32,000 bases of DNA from an uncultured Erysipelotrichaceae bacterium. GTDB taxonomy: Bacteria > Bacillota_I > Bacilli_A > Erysipelotrichales > Erysipelotrichaceae. The notes beneath the pieces are model-generated. The model was not told the origin of the DNA and made no database searches. It saw nothing but the letters and a program-made list of their open reading frames with translations. The stretch lies in NCBI GenBank assembly GCA_942493105.1, contig OW818668.1:1710001-1742000 (forward strand). Direction: 5' to 3'. Shown piece by piece: positions 21,738-31,028 of the stretch. Position 1 is the first letter of the stretch. Every line of letters begins with the position of its first letter. Both the position numbers and the translations under genes were made by a program.

Positions 21738-22580
21738 TTAAACACAACGATATGTACAACCATAAACCCATCCATCGATCGTGGGTTGAAGATCCAATTG
21801 TTGCCACGATCCTTTGATCCCACTTTCTTGCAGCATCAATTCAAAGTGACATTTCGCAATACCCAAATCATTGAGTTGCAGATCATAGCGTATCATTTCA
21901 CCATATCCTGGCGTTCTTTGAATATAGAAGTGAAAATCATCGCCAGCTTTCAATAATCGCCAAGGTTGTTTATTGCTGGCTGAAGGTCCCAATCGAACCA
22001 TCTCCAAAGCTGTTTCATATTTACCTAAATTTTCTTTTGATAATGGTGTCTTTGAATCATTCTCAAAAAACAACTCATCCCATGACTTCCTGTTGTTAGA
22101 TCCTGCTCCAAATCGCATGGCTGAATCCAATAAACTTCTTTTATCTTTAGCGAAGCCAATCGGTGAAACAATGGGTATGGTTTCATCTGTAGTCAGGGTT
22201 AAACTTTTTTCAAAATCACCTCGATTAAAAGTACCACCCAACCAACATGTGCTCAGTCCAAGTTCAGTCGCAAACAATACCAGTTTTTCAAACAAATAGC
22301 CCAACTCTAAGGGATCACCCTTTTGAATATCCTGAATTGCCACAATAAAGGTATGGGCACCAGACATAACTCCATAGGTTCCAAGCTTTACTTTAGAATT
22401 TCTGTCAGAATTCAAACTTGAAACCAAGGCAAATCTAATTTTTGATTTGGCTTCTTGGTTGAGTGTCTCTATTTTTTCTTCCACTTTTAAGATGGACTGA
22501 GCAGAAATAGGCAGTGAGTCGTAAGTCCTACACGATATTCTAGTTCTTATCAGATTTTCAATTTTGCTTGCTTTAGTCAT
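21738..22580 (-). CDS. nitroreductase-family protein
   Basis: 280 aa. The N-terminus IRTRISCRTYD and the later GPSASNKQPWR are nitroreductase-fold FMN-binding motifs. Substrate is unknown. Confidence 0.65.
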   Translation of the reverse strand: MTKASKIENLIRTRISCRTYDSLPISAQSILKVEEKIETLNQEAKSKIRFALVSSLNSDRNSKVKLGTYGVMSGAHTFIVAIQDIQKGDPLELGYLFEKLVLFATELGLSTCWLGGTFNRGDFEKSLTLTTDETIPIVSPIGFAKDKRSLLDSAMRFGAGSNNRKSWDELFFENDSKTPLSKENLGKYETALEMVRLGPSASNKQPWRLLKAGDDFHFYIQRTPGYGEMIRYDLQLNDLGIAKCHFELMLQESGIKGSWQQLDLQPTIDGWVYGCTYRCV

Positions 22581-22610
22581 AAATTCTCCTTGTTGATCCT
22601 ACTTATTTAT

Positions 22611-22638
22611 AAAAAGCAGACTAGTTGTAATCTGCTTT
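22611..22638 (-). terminator. rho-independent terminator after the DUF853 ATPase gene
   Basis: Minus strand: AAAGCAGA-ttacaactag-TCTGCTTT followed by TT. The 3' arm plus tail reads TCTGCTTTTT, a run of five Ts. It lies 6 nt after the stop. Confidence 0.7.
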
Positions 22639-22644
22639 AGGATG

Positions 22645-24171
22645 CTATTTTCTTAACAATGATCCAAAGATACCACGAGCAATTTCACGTCCTATAGACG
22701 AACTCATCGTTCCAACGAAAGACTTGGCCATTTTTTCAACCACAGTTACATTTTTCTTAGCGGTTCTTGCCTTTTCTTTATCAAGTTTCTCTTGTTCTTT
22801 ACGTAAACGTTCAGCTTCTTTATTTTGTTCTTTGACTTGTTTTTCATGAAGCTTAGCTTCTTCTACTAAACTTTTTTGCTCTTGTTGGGCATTCATTTTA
22901 GCTTTCAACAACTCATATGCCGATTCTTTATCAACGATTTGATTGTACTTGTAATAGAAAGGAGAATTTGTGATCAGTTCTTGACGTTTTTCAGGTGTAA
23001 TGGTTCCAATGATGCTGTGTGGGGGCAAAATCATAGCTCTCTCAACAACACCTGGTCTGCCTTCAGAATCCAGCATAGAAACCAAAGCTTCACCGGTTTT
23101 AAGTTCAGTGATGACACTAGGGATATCGATACTTGGGTTTTGTCTAAACGTTTCTGCCATCGCATTGATGGCTTTATTTTCTCGCGGTGTAAATGAACGC
23201 AGAGCGTGTTGGACACGATTACCCAATTGATTCAAAACTTTGTCTGGTATATCTATTGGATTTTGTGTTACAAAGTAAACACCTACGCCTTTAGATCTAA
23301 TCAATCTAACCACGAGTTCTATCTTATCTAGTAATGCTTTAGGAGCATCTGTGAAAAGCAAATGTGCTTCATCAAAGAAGAAGACCATTTTAGGTTTATC
23401 AAGATCTCCGACTTCTGGTAATTCTTCAAACAATTCAGAAAGCAACCACAATAGGAAGGTTGAATATAAAGCGGGTGCCATCATGAGTTTTTCTGAAGCC
23501 AAGACATTGATGATACCTTTACCATAAGGATCTACTTTCATTAAATCGTTGATGTCGAAAGCAGGTTCCGCAAAGAACTGATCTCCACCTTGATCTTCTA
23601 AGGTCAATAAAGCACGTTGAATTGAACCTACAGAAGGTTTAGCTAAATTTCCATATTCAGTTGTAAAATTATTCGCATTGTCTCCAACATACTGAACTAG
23701 ACTGCGAATATCTTTCAAATCGATTAAAAGCAAACCCATATCATCCGCAATCCTAAATATTATGGTCAATACCCCTGCCTGAACCTCATTAAGACCTAAG
23801 ATACGACTTAAAAGCAAAGGTCCGATCTCTGAGATGCTGGTCCGTAAAGGATGTCCCAACTCTCCAAAAACGTCCCATAAACGAACAGGATAGCTTCCGA
23901 ATTCAAAGGGTGCAAGATTTAATTTATCAATTCTTTCTTGAAGTTTAGGATTAATAATGCCTGGTTGAGCTAAAGAGGCAAGATCACCTTTTACATCAGA
24001 TAAGAAAACAGGAACACCTTGAGTGCTGAAATGTTCAGCCAACACTTTTAAGGTTATTGTTTTACCTGTCCCTGTAGCCCCAGCGATCAAACCATGTCGA
24101 TTGGCCATTTTTAAGTTAAAAAGTATATCCTTTTCGCCTCTTCCAACTAGAAATTGTGTTGATTGATCCAT
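22645..24171 (-). CDS. DUF853 / YjgR-type HerA-like P-loop ATPase
   Basis: The preferred start is MDQSTQFLVGRG (ATG 24169-24171, AGGAGGA RBS 5 nt upstream) rather than the track start 24198. Walker A is GATGTGKT and Walker B is VFFFDEAH. A Lys/Glu-rich coiled-coil tail ends in GIFGSLLRK, as in YjgR homologues. Confidence 0.8.
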   Translation of the reverse strand: MDQSTQFLVGRGEKDILFNLKMANRHGLIAGATGTGKTITLKVLAEHFSTQGVPVFLSDVKGDLASLAQPGIINPKLQERIDKLNLAPFEFGSYPVRLWDVFGELGHPLRTSISEIGPLLLSRILGLNEVQAGVLTIIFRIADDMGLLLIDLKDIRSLVQYVGDNANNFTTEYGNLAKPSVGSIQRALLTLEDQGGDQFFAEPAFDINDLMKVDPYGKGIINVLASEKLMMAPALYSTFLLWLLSELFEELPEVGDLDKPKMVFFFDEAHLLFTDAPKALLDKIELVVRLIRSKGVGVYFVTQNPIDIPDKVLNQLGNRVQHALRSFTPRENKAINAMAETFRQNPSIDIPSVITELKTGEALVSMLDSEGRPGVVERAMILPPHSIIGTITPEKRQELITNSPFYYKYNQIVDKESAYELLKAKMNAQQEQKSLVEEAKLHEKQVKEQNKEAERLRKEQEKLDKEKARTAKKNVTVVEKMAKSFVGTMSSSIGREIARGIFGSLLRK

Positions 24172-24307
24172 AAACTTCCTCCTGATCTCATTTCTCATAT
24201 TATAGTTCAGTGGTGCTTATAATACAAGAAACCACACTTTAATATTTGGACTTATGCTTAGTCAAGATGATACAATTAAACAAGATTTGAAGGGGTAAAG
24301 AATAAAC

Positions 24308-24829
24308 ATGAAAAAACAGTGGGCTTTTATTATAGCAATCATATTCTTAAGTGGCTGTCAATTCTCTAAGAAACCAAGTTTTAGTGCAGAATCCATCAAA
24401 ATCAATTCTTCCATTGAACAAATATCAGTCACTTTGAGCCGTTGTACAGATGGTGATACAGCTCATTTTATGATGGATGGAGATGATGTGAAAGTACGAT
24501 TCTTGTCGATAGATGCCCCTGAAATCGCCAATGATGATCATCCTAACCCTGAACCCTATGGAAACCAGGCACGTGATTATACCTGTAACCTACTGACCAA
24601 CGCAAAAACCATTACCATTCAAATGGATCCCTATGAAGATGATCACGATCAATATGATCGCCTATTGGCATGGATCTGGGTCGATGGACAACTTCTGCAA
24701 GCCAAATTGATTCAACAAGGCTATGCAGAAGTAAAGTATGTCAAACAGCCCAATCTTTATTCTAGTCAACTTTATCAGCTTCAAGATCTAATGAAAAATG
24801 AAAAAATAGGCATCTGGAAAAATAACTAG
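24308..24829 (+). CDS. lipoprotein thermonuclease (staphylococcal-nuclease fold)
   Basis: 173 aa. The signal peptide has the lipobox LSGC. SNase motifs CTDGDTAHF, VRFLSIDAPE and YDRLLAWIWVDG are present. Confidence 0.85.
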   Translation: MKKQWAFIIAIIFLSGCQFSKKPSFSAESIKINSSIEQISVTLSRCTDGDTAHFMMDGDDVKVRFLSIDAPEIANDDHPNPEPYGNQARDYTCNLLTNAKTITIQMDPYEDDHDQYDRLLAWIWVDGQLLQAKLIQQGYAEVKYVKQPNLYSSQLYQLQDLMKNEKIGIWKNN

Positions 24830-24834
24830 TTATA

Positions 24835-24864
24835 AAAAGCACTTTTGATAAAGTGCTTTTTTGT
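24835..24864. terminator. bidirectional rho-independent terminator between the nuclease gene and the glutamate mutase operon
   Basis: AAAAGCACTTT-tgat-AAAGTGCTTTT, with a T-run on the plus side (TTTTTTGTTT) and on the minus side (TTTTTATAAC). Confidence 0.8.
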
Positions 24865-25182
24865 TTAATAATCAAATTCGAGATCTAATAAAGGGGCGTG
24901 TTGTTGAGCACCATAAACATCGGTTTCACGGATATCTCCACTGCACATCGGTCTGATGATGGTGGCTTTTATGGCATTAGCAGGAACAAATTCAACGATG
25001 GTAATAACATCTTCAACTTTGATTTTATACAAAGATGCTATGAGTTCAGCGTTGATGCATTTGTGTTTGACTAAGGCATCAAAGGTTGCTTTGTCTTTTA
25101 GGATAATGTCAAAGGTGATCTCGTATGGTCCTGAATTCTTAGAACGGATGACTTTGGCGATATCGATCAGTTTATGTTTCAT
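24865..25182 (-). CDS. DUF4387-like small protein (C-terminal module of AtuA-type proteins)
   Basis: The preferred start is MKHKLIDIAKVIRSKNSGPYEITFDIIL (ATG 25180-25182, AAGGAG 6 nt upstream), giving 105 aa. The track start 25245 would overlap the upstream gene by 53 nt. Family assignment is from memory of the DUF1446/DUF4387 gene pairing and is not verified. Confidence 0.6.
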   Translation of the reverse strand: MKHKLIDIAKVIRSKNSGPYEITFDIILKDKATFDALVKHKCINAELIASLYKIKVEDVITIVEFVPANAIKATIIRPMCSGDIRETDVYGAQQHAPLLDLEFDY

Positions 25183-25192
25183 GAGTGGCTCC

Positions 25193-26545
25193 TTACACAT
25201 TGACCATGGTTTGTTTGAATATACCCACTGGATCTGTGATTTCAATCAAATGATACAGACTAAAATTATAAACAGCTCCTACTTTAAAATCGCTTGGTGA
25301 ATATGGAAAGGCAAGATTGCCTGCTGTTGCGATACGTCCTTCATAGCCATAATGAAGCATCGTACTTCTGGCAAAACTACAAATTGTGTTTGCCACATCT
25401 TGTGTTTTCGCGACCGCATCGATCACCACACAGAGCTCATGAGATTTGATGTCTTTGACAGGTTCAAGATCTCCCATGACCCCATTCTTCCCATAGATTT
25501 TGAAGTTGAGGTGATAGTTATCGAGATTCTTGAAGTTATCTTTGACTCTTTTTGTGACCCCATCTAGAATCGAATCAATTTCTTTGATGAAGATCGGATC
25601 ACGAACCCCAGCGATACTCACAGTTCTAAATCCAACGCATTTGGCAGCTTCTAGTTTGATCGTATAAGGATTTGCCGGAATGAATTTGCTTCCTCTTACT
25701 TCAACTTGATTTTCGTTGAGTTGAGTAAAAGTAGTTTGATGAAGATCGATGGTTCCGCCTGGTCCTGGCAAGATATAAGGATTTGTCTTTTCGTATAAAG
25801 TATGGGCACTGACACTCAAAGTCGTACATTTGCGAGCTGGATTTAAGGTTTCTAAGACAAAACGATCTTCATAGATGGTTCCAAACATACAATCACTTCC
25901 ACTGCCTGGTGCTGAAGCAATGGCTGCACATTCAAGTATTTTACCCATATGCAGTGCCAGACCTTGATCAAAACCACGAATGATCGGTAAAGCTGCAAAC
26001 ATATTGGGATCATAAGAGCGTCCCGCAATAATGACCTGAGCACCATCATTCAGAGCCTTTATGAAAGGCTCAACTCCCATTTGACCCACAATATGAGTCG
26101 ATTCTAAAATGTCTTCTCTGGTACATTCTGGGGCTGGATGAAGGGGTTTGACTTTGCCTTCTTCAAAAGCTTTTAAGACATATTCTTTATCGAAATCAGC
26201 CTCGATCACAGCCATTTTAAAGTGCAGATGATGTTCCTTAGCGATTTCATATACGATCTGAAGTTGCCAATCCAGATGAGGTTTGGCTCCGCTTCCTCCG
26301 GCACTGCCTACTAATACTGGAATATTATGTTCGATCCCGGCTTCAATCATGATGGCCAAGTCGCGTTTCACGGCGAAATAATCGGTAAAAGAAACACCTG
26401 CTCCTAAATAATAAGGCCCTGGATCCGTAGAACCAGCATCTACTGCGATACAGTCCGGTTTCAGTTTCATCCCTTCTTCAAAACTGGACATTGGGAAACC
26501 ATAACCTAAGATCGCTGTCGTAGAAAGAACTTTAACGCATTTCAT
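25193..26545 (-). CDS. DUF1446 / AtuA-family protein (acyclic-terpene-utilisation AtuA N-terminal module), function unknown
   Basis: 450 aa. VLSTTAILGYGFP...AVDAGSTDPGPYYLG...VGSAGGSG resembles DUF1446 as I recall it. The start overlaps the mal stop by 14 nt. Confidence 0.65.
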   Translation of the reverse strand: MKCVKVLSTTAILGYGFPMSSFEEGMKLKPDCIAVDAGSTDPGPYYLGAGVSFTDYFAVKRDLAIMIEAGIEHNIPVLVGSAGGSGAKPHLDWQLQIVYEIAKEHHLHFKMAVIEADFDKEYVLKAFEEGKVKPLHPAPECTREDILESTHIVGQMGVEPFIKALNDGAQVIIAGRSYDPNMFAALPIIRGFDQGLALHMGKILECAAIASAPGSGSDCMFGTIYEDRFVLETLNPARKCTTLSVSAHTLYEKTNPYILPGPGGTIDLHQTTFTQLNENQVEVRGSKFIPANPYTIKLEAAKCVGFRTVSIAGVRDPIFIKEIDSILDGVTKRVKDNFKNLDNYHLNFKIYGKNGVMGDLEPVKDIKSHELCVVIDAVAKTQDVANTICSFARSTMLHYGYEGRIATAGNLAFPYSPSDFKVGAVYNFSLYHLIEITDPVGIFKQTMVNV

Positions 26546-27797
26546 GAGTTGTCTTGCCTTTCATCGCTTGATTAAGCGCGATTATTCTTTGCATTTCATT
26601 GTAGACGATCATATACCCTTCATCGACTCCCATGCCTGGTTTTGCCAAGATCTGTACGGGATGTGTAGCCATTGCGATATGGACGCAGGTCTTGGCGCTG
26701 ATGTCTGTTTCATTACAGGTACCGCCTTGATATGCTCCAATACCTTTCTGATTACAATAAAGCACTGCTTCGATCGTATTTTGAATTCCGCCTAAATCAG
26801 GCGTCTTGATTTGAACCATATGACCTGCTTTGTTGTCAGCGAAATAGATGATGTCTTCCAACGTATTGCACCATTCATCAGCTACGATTTCTACATCGAT
26901 GTGACGTCGATCAAGCACTTCAGTGATGGCTTTAAGACCCAGCATGGTCAACTCACGATCGTCAAAATCGACAGGTCCTTCAATTCGCAAATGATAAGGA
27001 CCACTGGCTTCACGCAACAACTTCATATAATCAGCCATGGCTTCATAATCGGTTTTAAAGATGATCCCAAAAGTACCATAAACATCGATATGAAATACAG
27101 GCATATAGTCCTCTTGGCTCTTAAAAGTATCGACTCGATGACGCAACCATTTGACATATTCTAAGAGTTTTTCACCTTGATAACCTAATTTAGCAGCCAC
27201 ATTATTGATGAGTGCATGCGGCATGACAGCTGATCCTTTGATGATCATTTTATCGACATTGTCATAACGATTATCACCACTTTGACTAAAGATCGGAATC
27301 AGTTTGTCACTAACTTGAGTACCGTATTCTAAGGCAACGATATTGGCCATTTGGGTATGGTGTGCTTTTGCGACCGCATCTAGTAAAGCTTGGGTGATCC
27401 CATAACGTAAGGCTGTATGAATTCTTTTGCCTTCATGATGATAGTTATCAAATTCATGTGCTAATGTTTTAAAAGATTTAAGCTCTCTGCCTAAGAGTAA
27501 AGGTTTAAGCTCTTGTTGAACGATGAGTTCAAATTCTTGAGCTAAGAAGAGAGGATCTCTTCCTCCGCAGCCGCTGTATTGAACGGCACAGCAATCTCCA
27601 TAAGCAACTTGACCATCCTCAAGAACCAACATGATGGTTAAAGATTCCCCTGCTTGACGGATGCGGGTGAAGCCTGGCGTGATGGGGTCTCCCACATAGA
27701 AATTGCCTTCTGATTTAGCGCCTTGTTTAATCGCTTTTTGATCATCAAAGAAGAAACCGGTTCTGCCTTGACTTGTGACTACATCGATTATTTTCAT
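26532..27797 (-). CDS. mal: 3-methylaspartate ammonia-lyase (methylaspartase)
   Basis: The conserved N-terminus is MKIIDVVTSQGRTGFFFDDQKAI (ATG 27795-27797). VLEDGQVAYGDCCAVQYSGCGGRDPLF, RYDNVDKMIIK, HLRIEGP, VQIKTPDLGG and GGTCNET are near-identical blocks to Clostridium tetanomorphum MAL as I remember it. Confidence 0.95.
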   Translation of the reverse strand: MKIIDVVTSQGRTGFFFDDQKAIKQGAKSEGNFYVGDPITPGFTRIRQAGESLTIMLVLEDGQVAYGDCCAVQYSGCGGRDPLFLAQEFELIVQQELKPLLLGRELKSFKTLAHEFDNYHHEGKRIHTALRYGITQALLDAVAKAHHTQMANIVALEYGTQVSDKLIPIFSQSGDNRYDNVDKMIIKGSAVMPHALINNVAAKLGYQGEKLLEYVKWLRHRVDTFKSQEDYMPVFHIDVYGTFGIIFKTDYEAMADYMKLLREASGPYHLRIEGPVDFDDRELTMLGLKAITEVLDRRHIDVEIVADEWCNTLEDIIYFADNKAGHMVQIKTPDLGGIQNTIEAVLYCNQKGIGAYQGGTCNETDISAKTCVHIAMATHPVQILAKPGMGVDEGYMIVYNEMQRIIALNQAMKGKTTHEMR

Positions 27798-27804
27798 AGT
27801 GTCC

Positions 27805-29250
27805 CTATCTTGGTCGTCCGACCAATTGTCCTTTACTGACCGCATAAATATCATCAATTACCATTTGGAAACTGACATCACGGCGTTCTGTTTCTGCCCG
27901 TTCTTTTAGTTTCTGACGATGAAATGCTTTTAGTGTTTCATCAAAAGGTAAGTTCCCAAAGTCAAGGAATCTTACAGCCCCATGATTGTCTCTGGCCGGT
28001 AATGCCTTGTTGGCATTACATTGTGCCGGAGCAAACGGAACATCGATCAGACCAGCCTCAAATCCACGCAAAGCACTTAATCCAAAATCATTGTTTCCAA
28101 GTTTCAAGACAGCTTCCATGATACAACGGGTTTCAGCTTCAATGATTTTCATTTCTTCTAAAATCATCGGACTTTCAATAGCCACTTGATCTTTAAGCAT
28201 GGCCGTCAATTGTTTGGTGGCTTTTAAACCATTAGAATTGGCTTCTGCGGTAGGTACTCCAAAGGCTTCATGAGGAGATTTAACGATGACTTTTGTGGCA
28301 CCAGCCAGAACGGCTGTTGCGGCACCCCAAGCAATAACGGCATAAGCCTTAGCTTCATCTTGAGGAAAGCCTCCCATCCATTGATGAAAGACCGTTGTAA
28401 TACGGACATCTGTATATCCAAAACGATCTAGATAGGCTTTGGTTAGCTTTTCGAGGGTCTTTATGGCTGCGATATCCTGAATTTGATTCCCACATTGGCC
28501 ATACCCAACTGTAATGCATTTACAGCCCTGTTGAGCTGCCAACAATGCTTCTAAGATCGCAACTGAATGAGAAATACATGGGGGAACTAACGTTCCTGTC
28601 AAAGGCCCAAAGGGTTCACGATTGATTCTGATGCCTTGTTCTTCGTAATAACCGACCAAGCGATCAACATATTGCCAATCTGTGATGGTCTTTTCAAGTG
28701 AATTGTTTTTACCATAAGGAATATTATAAGAAATCCCTCCACCTTCAAAGGATGTAAACCCACCAGCCAAAGTGATTTCAGCTAAAAGTCTGGCATCGGG
28801 TGTTCCATGACGAACCTGAACCGGAACATCCAAATATTCTACGACATCTCTACAAACAGAAACGCCATGATTGACAGCCGGAAAGCCATTGAGTAAGGAC
28901 TTTCCGATTCGGATACTTTCATCAATACCTGTTTGAGCTTCAACATAACGATTATGCCGCGTATAACTATCGATGGTCGTCGGCAAAAGATCAGCCCCAC
29001 CTTCATCTTGAAGCGTTTTCAGAAGTTTCTTGAGTTCATTAGGTAAGGCAACTCCAGCTCTTGGTTGAACCAAAGTAACCTTATCTTCAACTGCTTGACT
29101 TAAACGAGCACTAAACCTTTTTTCAGCTTTGATTGTTTTTTGATAAGCAACCGCTTCTTCAAGATTCACTTCTTTGCCTGTGATCCATTGATTGAGTACT
29201 TCTTGACGCAAAGCCAAGAAGGTTTCTAATGGCATCTTTTGATTGATCAT
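27805..29250 (-). CDS. glmE: glutamate mutase epsilon (catalytic) subunit
   Basis: 481 aa. [62 protein letters not shown] and [23 protein letters not shown] match clostridial GlmE/MutE. ATGA overlap with glmL. Confidence 0.95.
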   Translation of the reverse strand: MINQKMPLETFLALRQEVLNQWITGKEVNLEEAVAYQKTIKAEKRFSARLSQAVEDKVTLVQPRAGVALPNELKKLLKTLQDEGGADLLPTTIDSYTRHNRYVEAQTGIDESIRIGKSLLNGFPAVNHGVSVCRDVVEYLDVPVQVRHGTPDARLLAEITLAGGFTSFEGGGISYNIPYGKNNSLEKTITDWQYVDRLVGYYEEQGIRINREPFGPLTGTLVPPCISHSVAILEALLAAQQGCKCITVGYGQCGNQIQDIAAIKTLEKLTKAYLDRFGYTDVRITTVFHQWMGGFPQDEAKAYAVIAWGAATAVLAGATKVIVKSPHEAFGVPTAEANSNGLKATKQLTAMLKDQVAIESPMILEEMKIIEAETRCIMEAVLKLGNNDFGLSALRGFEAGLIDVPFAPAQCNANKALPARDNHGAVRFLDFGNLPFDETLKAFHRQKLKERAETERRDVSFQMVIDDIYAVSKGQLVGRPR

Positions 29251-30602
29251 ACGATTTTCTCCATGTTTCTTTTAAGTAAGCGAACCACAGTATCAGGATG
29301 GCGCGATGCCAACAAACCTAAACAACTGACCACATAGTGAGCATCAAGAACATATTCCAGTTTATTTGGACATAAAATCTCGGGATGTTCCGTTTTAGAT
29401 AAGGCATTCTTTAAGATTGACAAAGGATCCTGTGAATGTATTAATGGACCACCGATCCCAATCATGATTAGCACATCACGCAAGTCTTTTCCGGATTGAT
29501 AATAACTGACTCCCATTGGAGAATACGACGTCTCTAACCGTCCTGCATGTCTTTGTGTGGCAATATCCGTACACCAACTGGCTAAAATGGTATCTTTATC
29601 AGGATCAATGTCACAGTGGATATTGTCTTGAATCTGTTGAAGATAATCTCTCATTTCTTGATCACATTCAGGTTCATCTTTTTTTAAATCAGCAACATTA
29701 TGCGCACTGAATCGAACGCCTAGATCCCCTTCTACACTGCGTTTATCCAAAGGTTCCCTAAGACCTTTATATCCGACATTGTCTTTCAAAACAAAATGAG
29801 CATTCATACTATAGACATCCGTGGTTGCTCCACCAATATCAATGGCCATTAAATCGCCTATTCCAGGTTCATTAACTGTCCCTTTTGAAAGTAACTTTAG
29901 GGCTTCCATAACACTCATAGGGGTAGGCAAGACGATGTCATCGATGACAGAACTTAATTCAGATAAACCTTTTGCCTTAACGATGGTTTTAAGGAATAAT
30001 TCACGGATCAATTCACGACATTGATCCACCTGTAAGATCCCATACGTCGGCATCACATTTTCACACATGAGATAATCAATTTTAGCATTCTTAAAGATGG
30101 CAGCTATTTCATCTTGACACGACTTGTTTCCGGCATAAATCACTGGAAAGTTTGGAGATAAGGTCGCAATCATTTTAGCGTTATGAATCACCACATCAGA
30201 ATTGCCGCCATCTGTACCACCGCAAAGTAATAATATGTCACACTGAGCATTTTCAAGTTCTTTGAGTTCACGTTGATTCAGTTCAAATGAATATGAACCG
30301 ATAACTTTAGCACCAGCACTATAACACGCCAAAGTCGCAGCTTTTAGGGTCAAATCAGGCACCAAACCAATCGCAATCATCTTCAATCCACCTTTAGCTG
30401 AACTGCAAACTAAGGTTTGATCAATAGAAACATTATCTAAGATGTTCGCCATTTTATGTTTGACCCGTTCAAGTCCTATGGCGATATCTGTTGTTGCCGT
30501 TGTCAGATCACTGGCACTGGCTAATATTTCGTCACTTTGGGTATCAACAATACAACCTTTGGTATATGTCGATCCCACATCAAATAAAAGATAGGTCGGC
30601 AT
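29247..30602 (-). CDS. glmL: glutamate mutase accessory protein GlmL/MutL (ASKHA-fold putative reactivase/chaperone)
   Basis: 451 aa. The N-terminus [12 protein letters not shown] (phosphate-1 motif) and [11 protein letters not shown] (phosphate-2 motif) are present. Its position between glmS and glmE matches clostridia. Confidence 0.85.
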   Translation of the reverse strand: MPTYLLFDVGSTYTKGCIVDTQSDEILASASDLTTATTDIAIGLERVKHKMANILDNVSIDQTLVCSSAKGGLKMIAIGLVPDLTLKAATLACYSAGAKVIGSYSFELNQRELKELENAQCDILLLCGGTDGGNSDVVIHNAKMIATLSPNFPVIYAGNKSCQDEIAAIFKNAKIDYLMCENVMPTYGILQVDQCRELIRELFLKTIVKAKGLSELSSVIDDIVLPTPMSVMEALKLLSKGTVNEPGIGDLMAIDIGGATTDVYSMNAHFVLKDNVGYKGLREPLDKRSVEGDLGVRFSAHNVADLKKDEPECDQEMRDYLQQIQDNIHCDIDPDKDTILASWCTDIATQRHAGRLETSYSPMGVSYYQSGKDLRDVLIMIGIGGPLIHSQDPLSILKNALSKTEHPEILCPNKLEYVLDAHYVVSCLGLLASRHPDTVVRLLKRNMEKIV

Positions 30603-31019
30603 TTAGGCAGTGATCCCCAAATCATGTTTCAGATCTTCAATACCCTGATTGATGTCACTTCCAGGTGGATATACCCGATTAAATCCCATTGCAATATATT
30701 TCTCTTCTACAGGTTTAAAATCAGATTTGCCTATGACTAAATTACCGCCAACATACAATAAAACATCAGATAACCCAGCTTCTTTACAATAGTCACCAAA
30801 ACCTCGACAATCCAATTCTCCTTGTCCATATAAACTGGATACAAAAATAGCTCTCGCATTGGTTTCGATTGCAGCATCTACAAACTCCTTTTGTGAAACC
30901 ATGACACCTAAATTGACCACATTGAATCCAGCATGATCAAGTGCAAATTCAATGATACGATTTCCTACAGCATGGACATCGGCTCCAATGACCCCGATTA
31001 CAACCGTTACTTTTTCCAT
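30603..31019 (-). CDS. glmS: glutamate mutase sigma (B12-binding) subunit
   Basis: 138 aa. The base-off/His-on cobalamin motif DxHxxG (ADVHAVGN) is present, along with [15 protein letters not shown] and GFNRVYPPG. The match to C. tetanomorphum MutS is close. Confidence 0.95.
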   Translation of the reverse strand: MEKVTVVIGVIGADVHAVGNRIIEFALDHAGFNVVNLGVMVSQKEFVDAAIETNARAIFVSSLYGQGELDCRGFGDYCKEAGLSDVLLYVGGNLVIGKSDFKPVEEKYIAMGFNRVYPPGSDINQGIEDLKHDLGITA

Positions 31020-31028
31020 GAACGCTCC

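Noticed and set aside
21973-22299. 108-aa plus-strand ORF
   Set aside because: It is antisense within the nitroreductase-family gene, with no RBS and a Ser/Asn-rich composition typical of shadow frames.
22876-23230. Three overlapping small ORFs (22876-23196 +, 23000-23230 +, 23031-23216 -)
   Set aside because: All are embedded in the DUF853 ATPase gene, either in the opposite strand or in an alternative frame. No independent signals support them.
22645-24829. HerA-like ATPase plus nuclease as a possible anti-phage defence pair
   Set aside because: The genes are divergent rather than co-transcribed. The nuclease has a lipoprotein signal (LSGC) and an SNase fold typical of secreted nucleases. 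DUF853/YjgR is a widespread housekeeping-context family. It is kept only as a low-interest finding.
24956-25300. 114-aa plus-strand ORF; likewise 25352-25567, 26544-26795, 26811-27164, 27924-28189 and 29516-30024 plus-strand ORFs, and the minus-strand alternative-frame ORFs 25852-26049 and 28224-28421
   Set aside because: All are antisense to, or out of frame within, the strongly supported glutamate mutase operon genes. No RBS or promoter context was seen for any of them.
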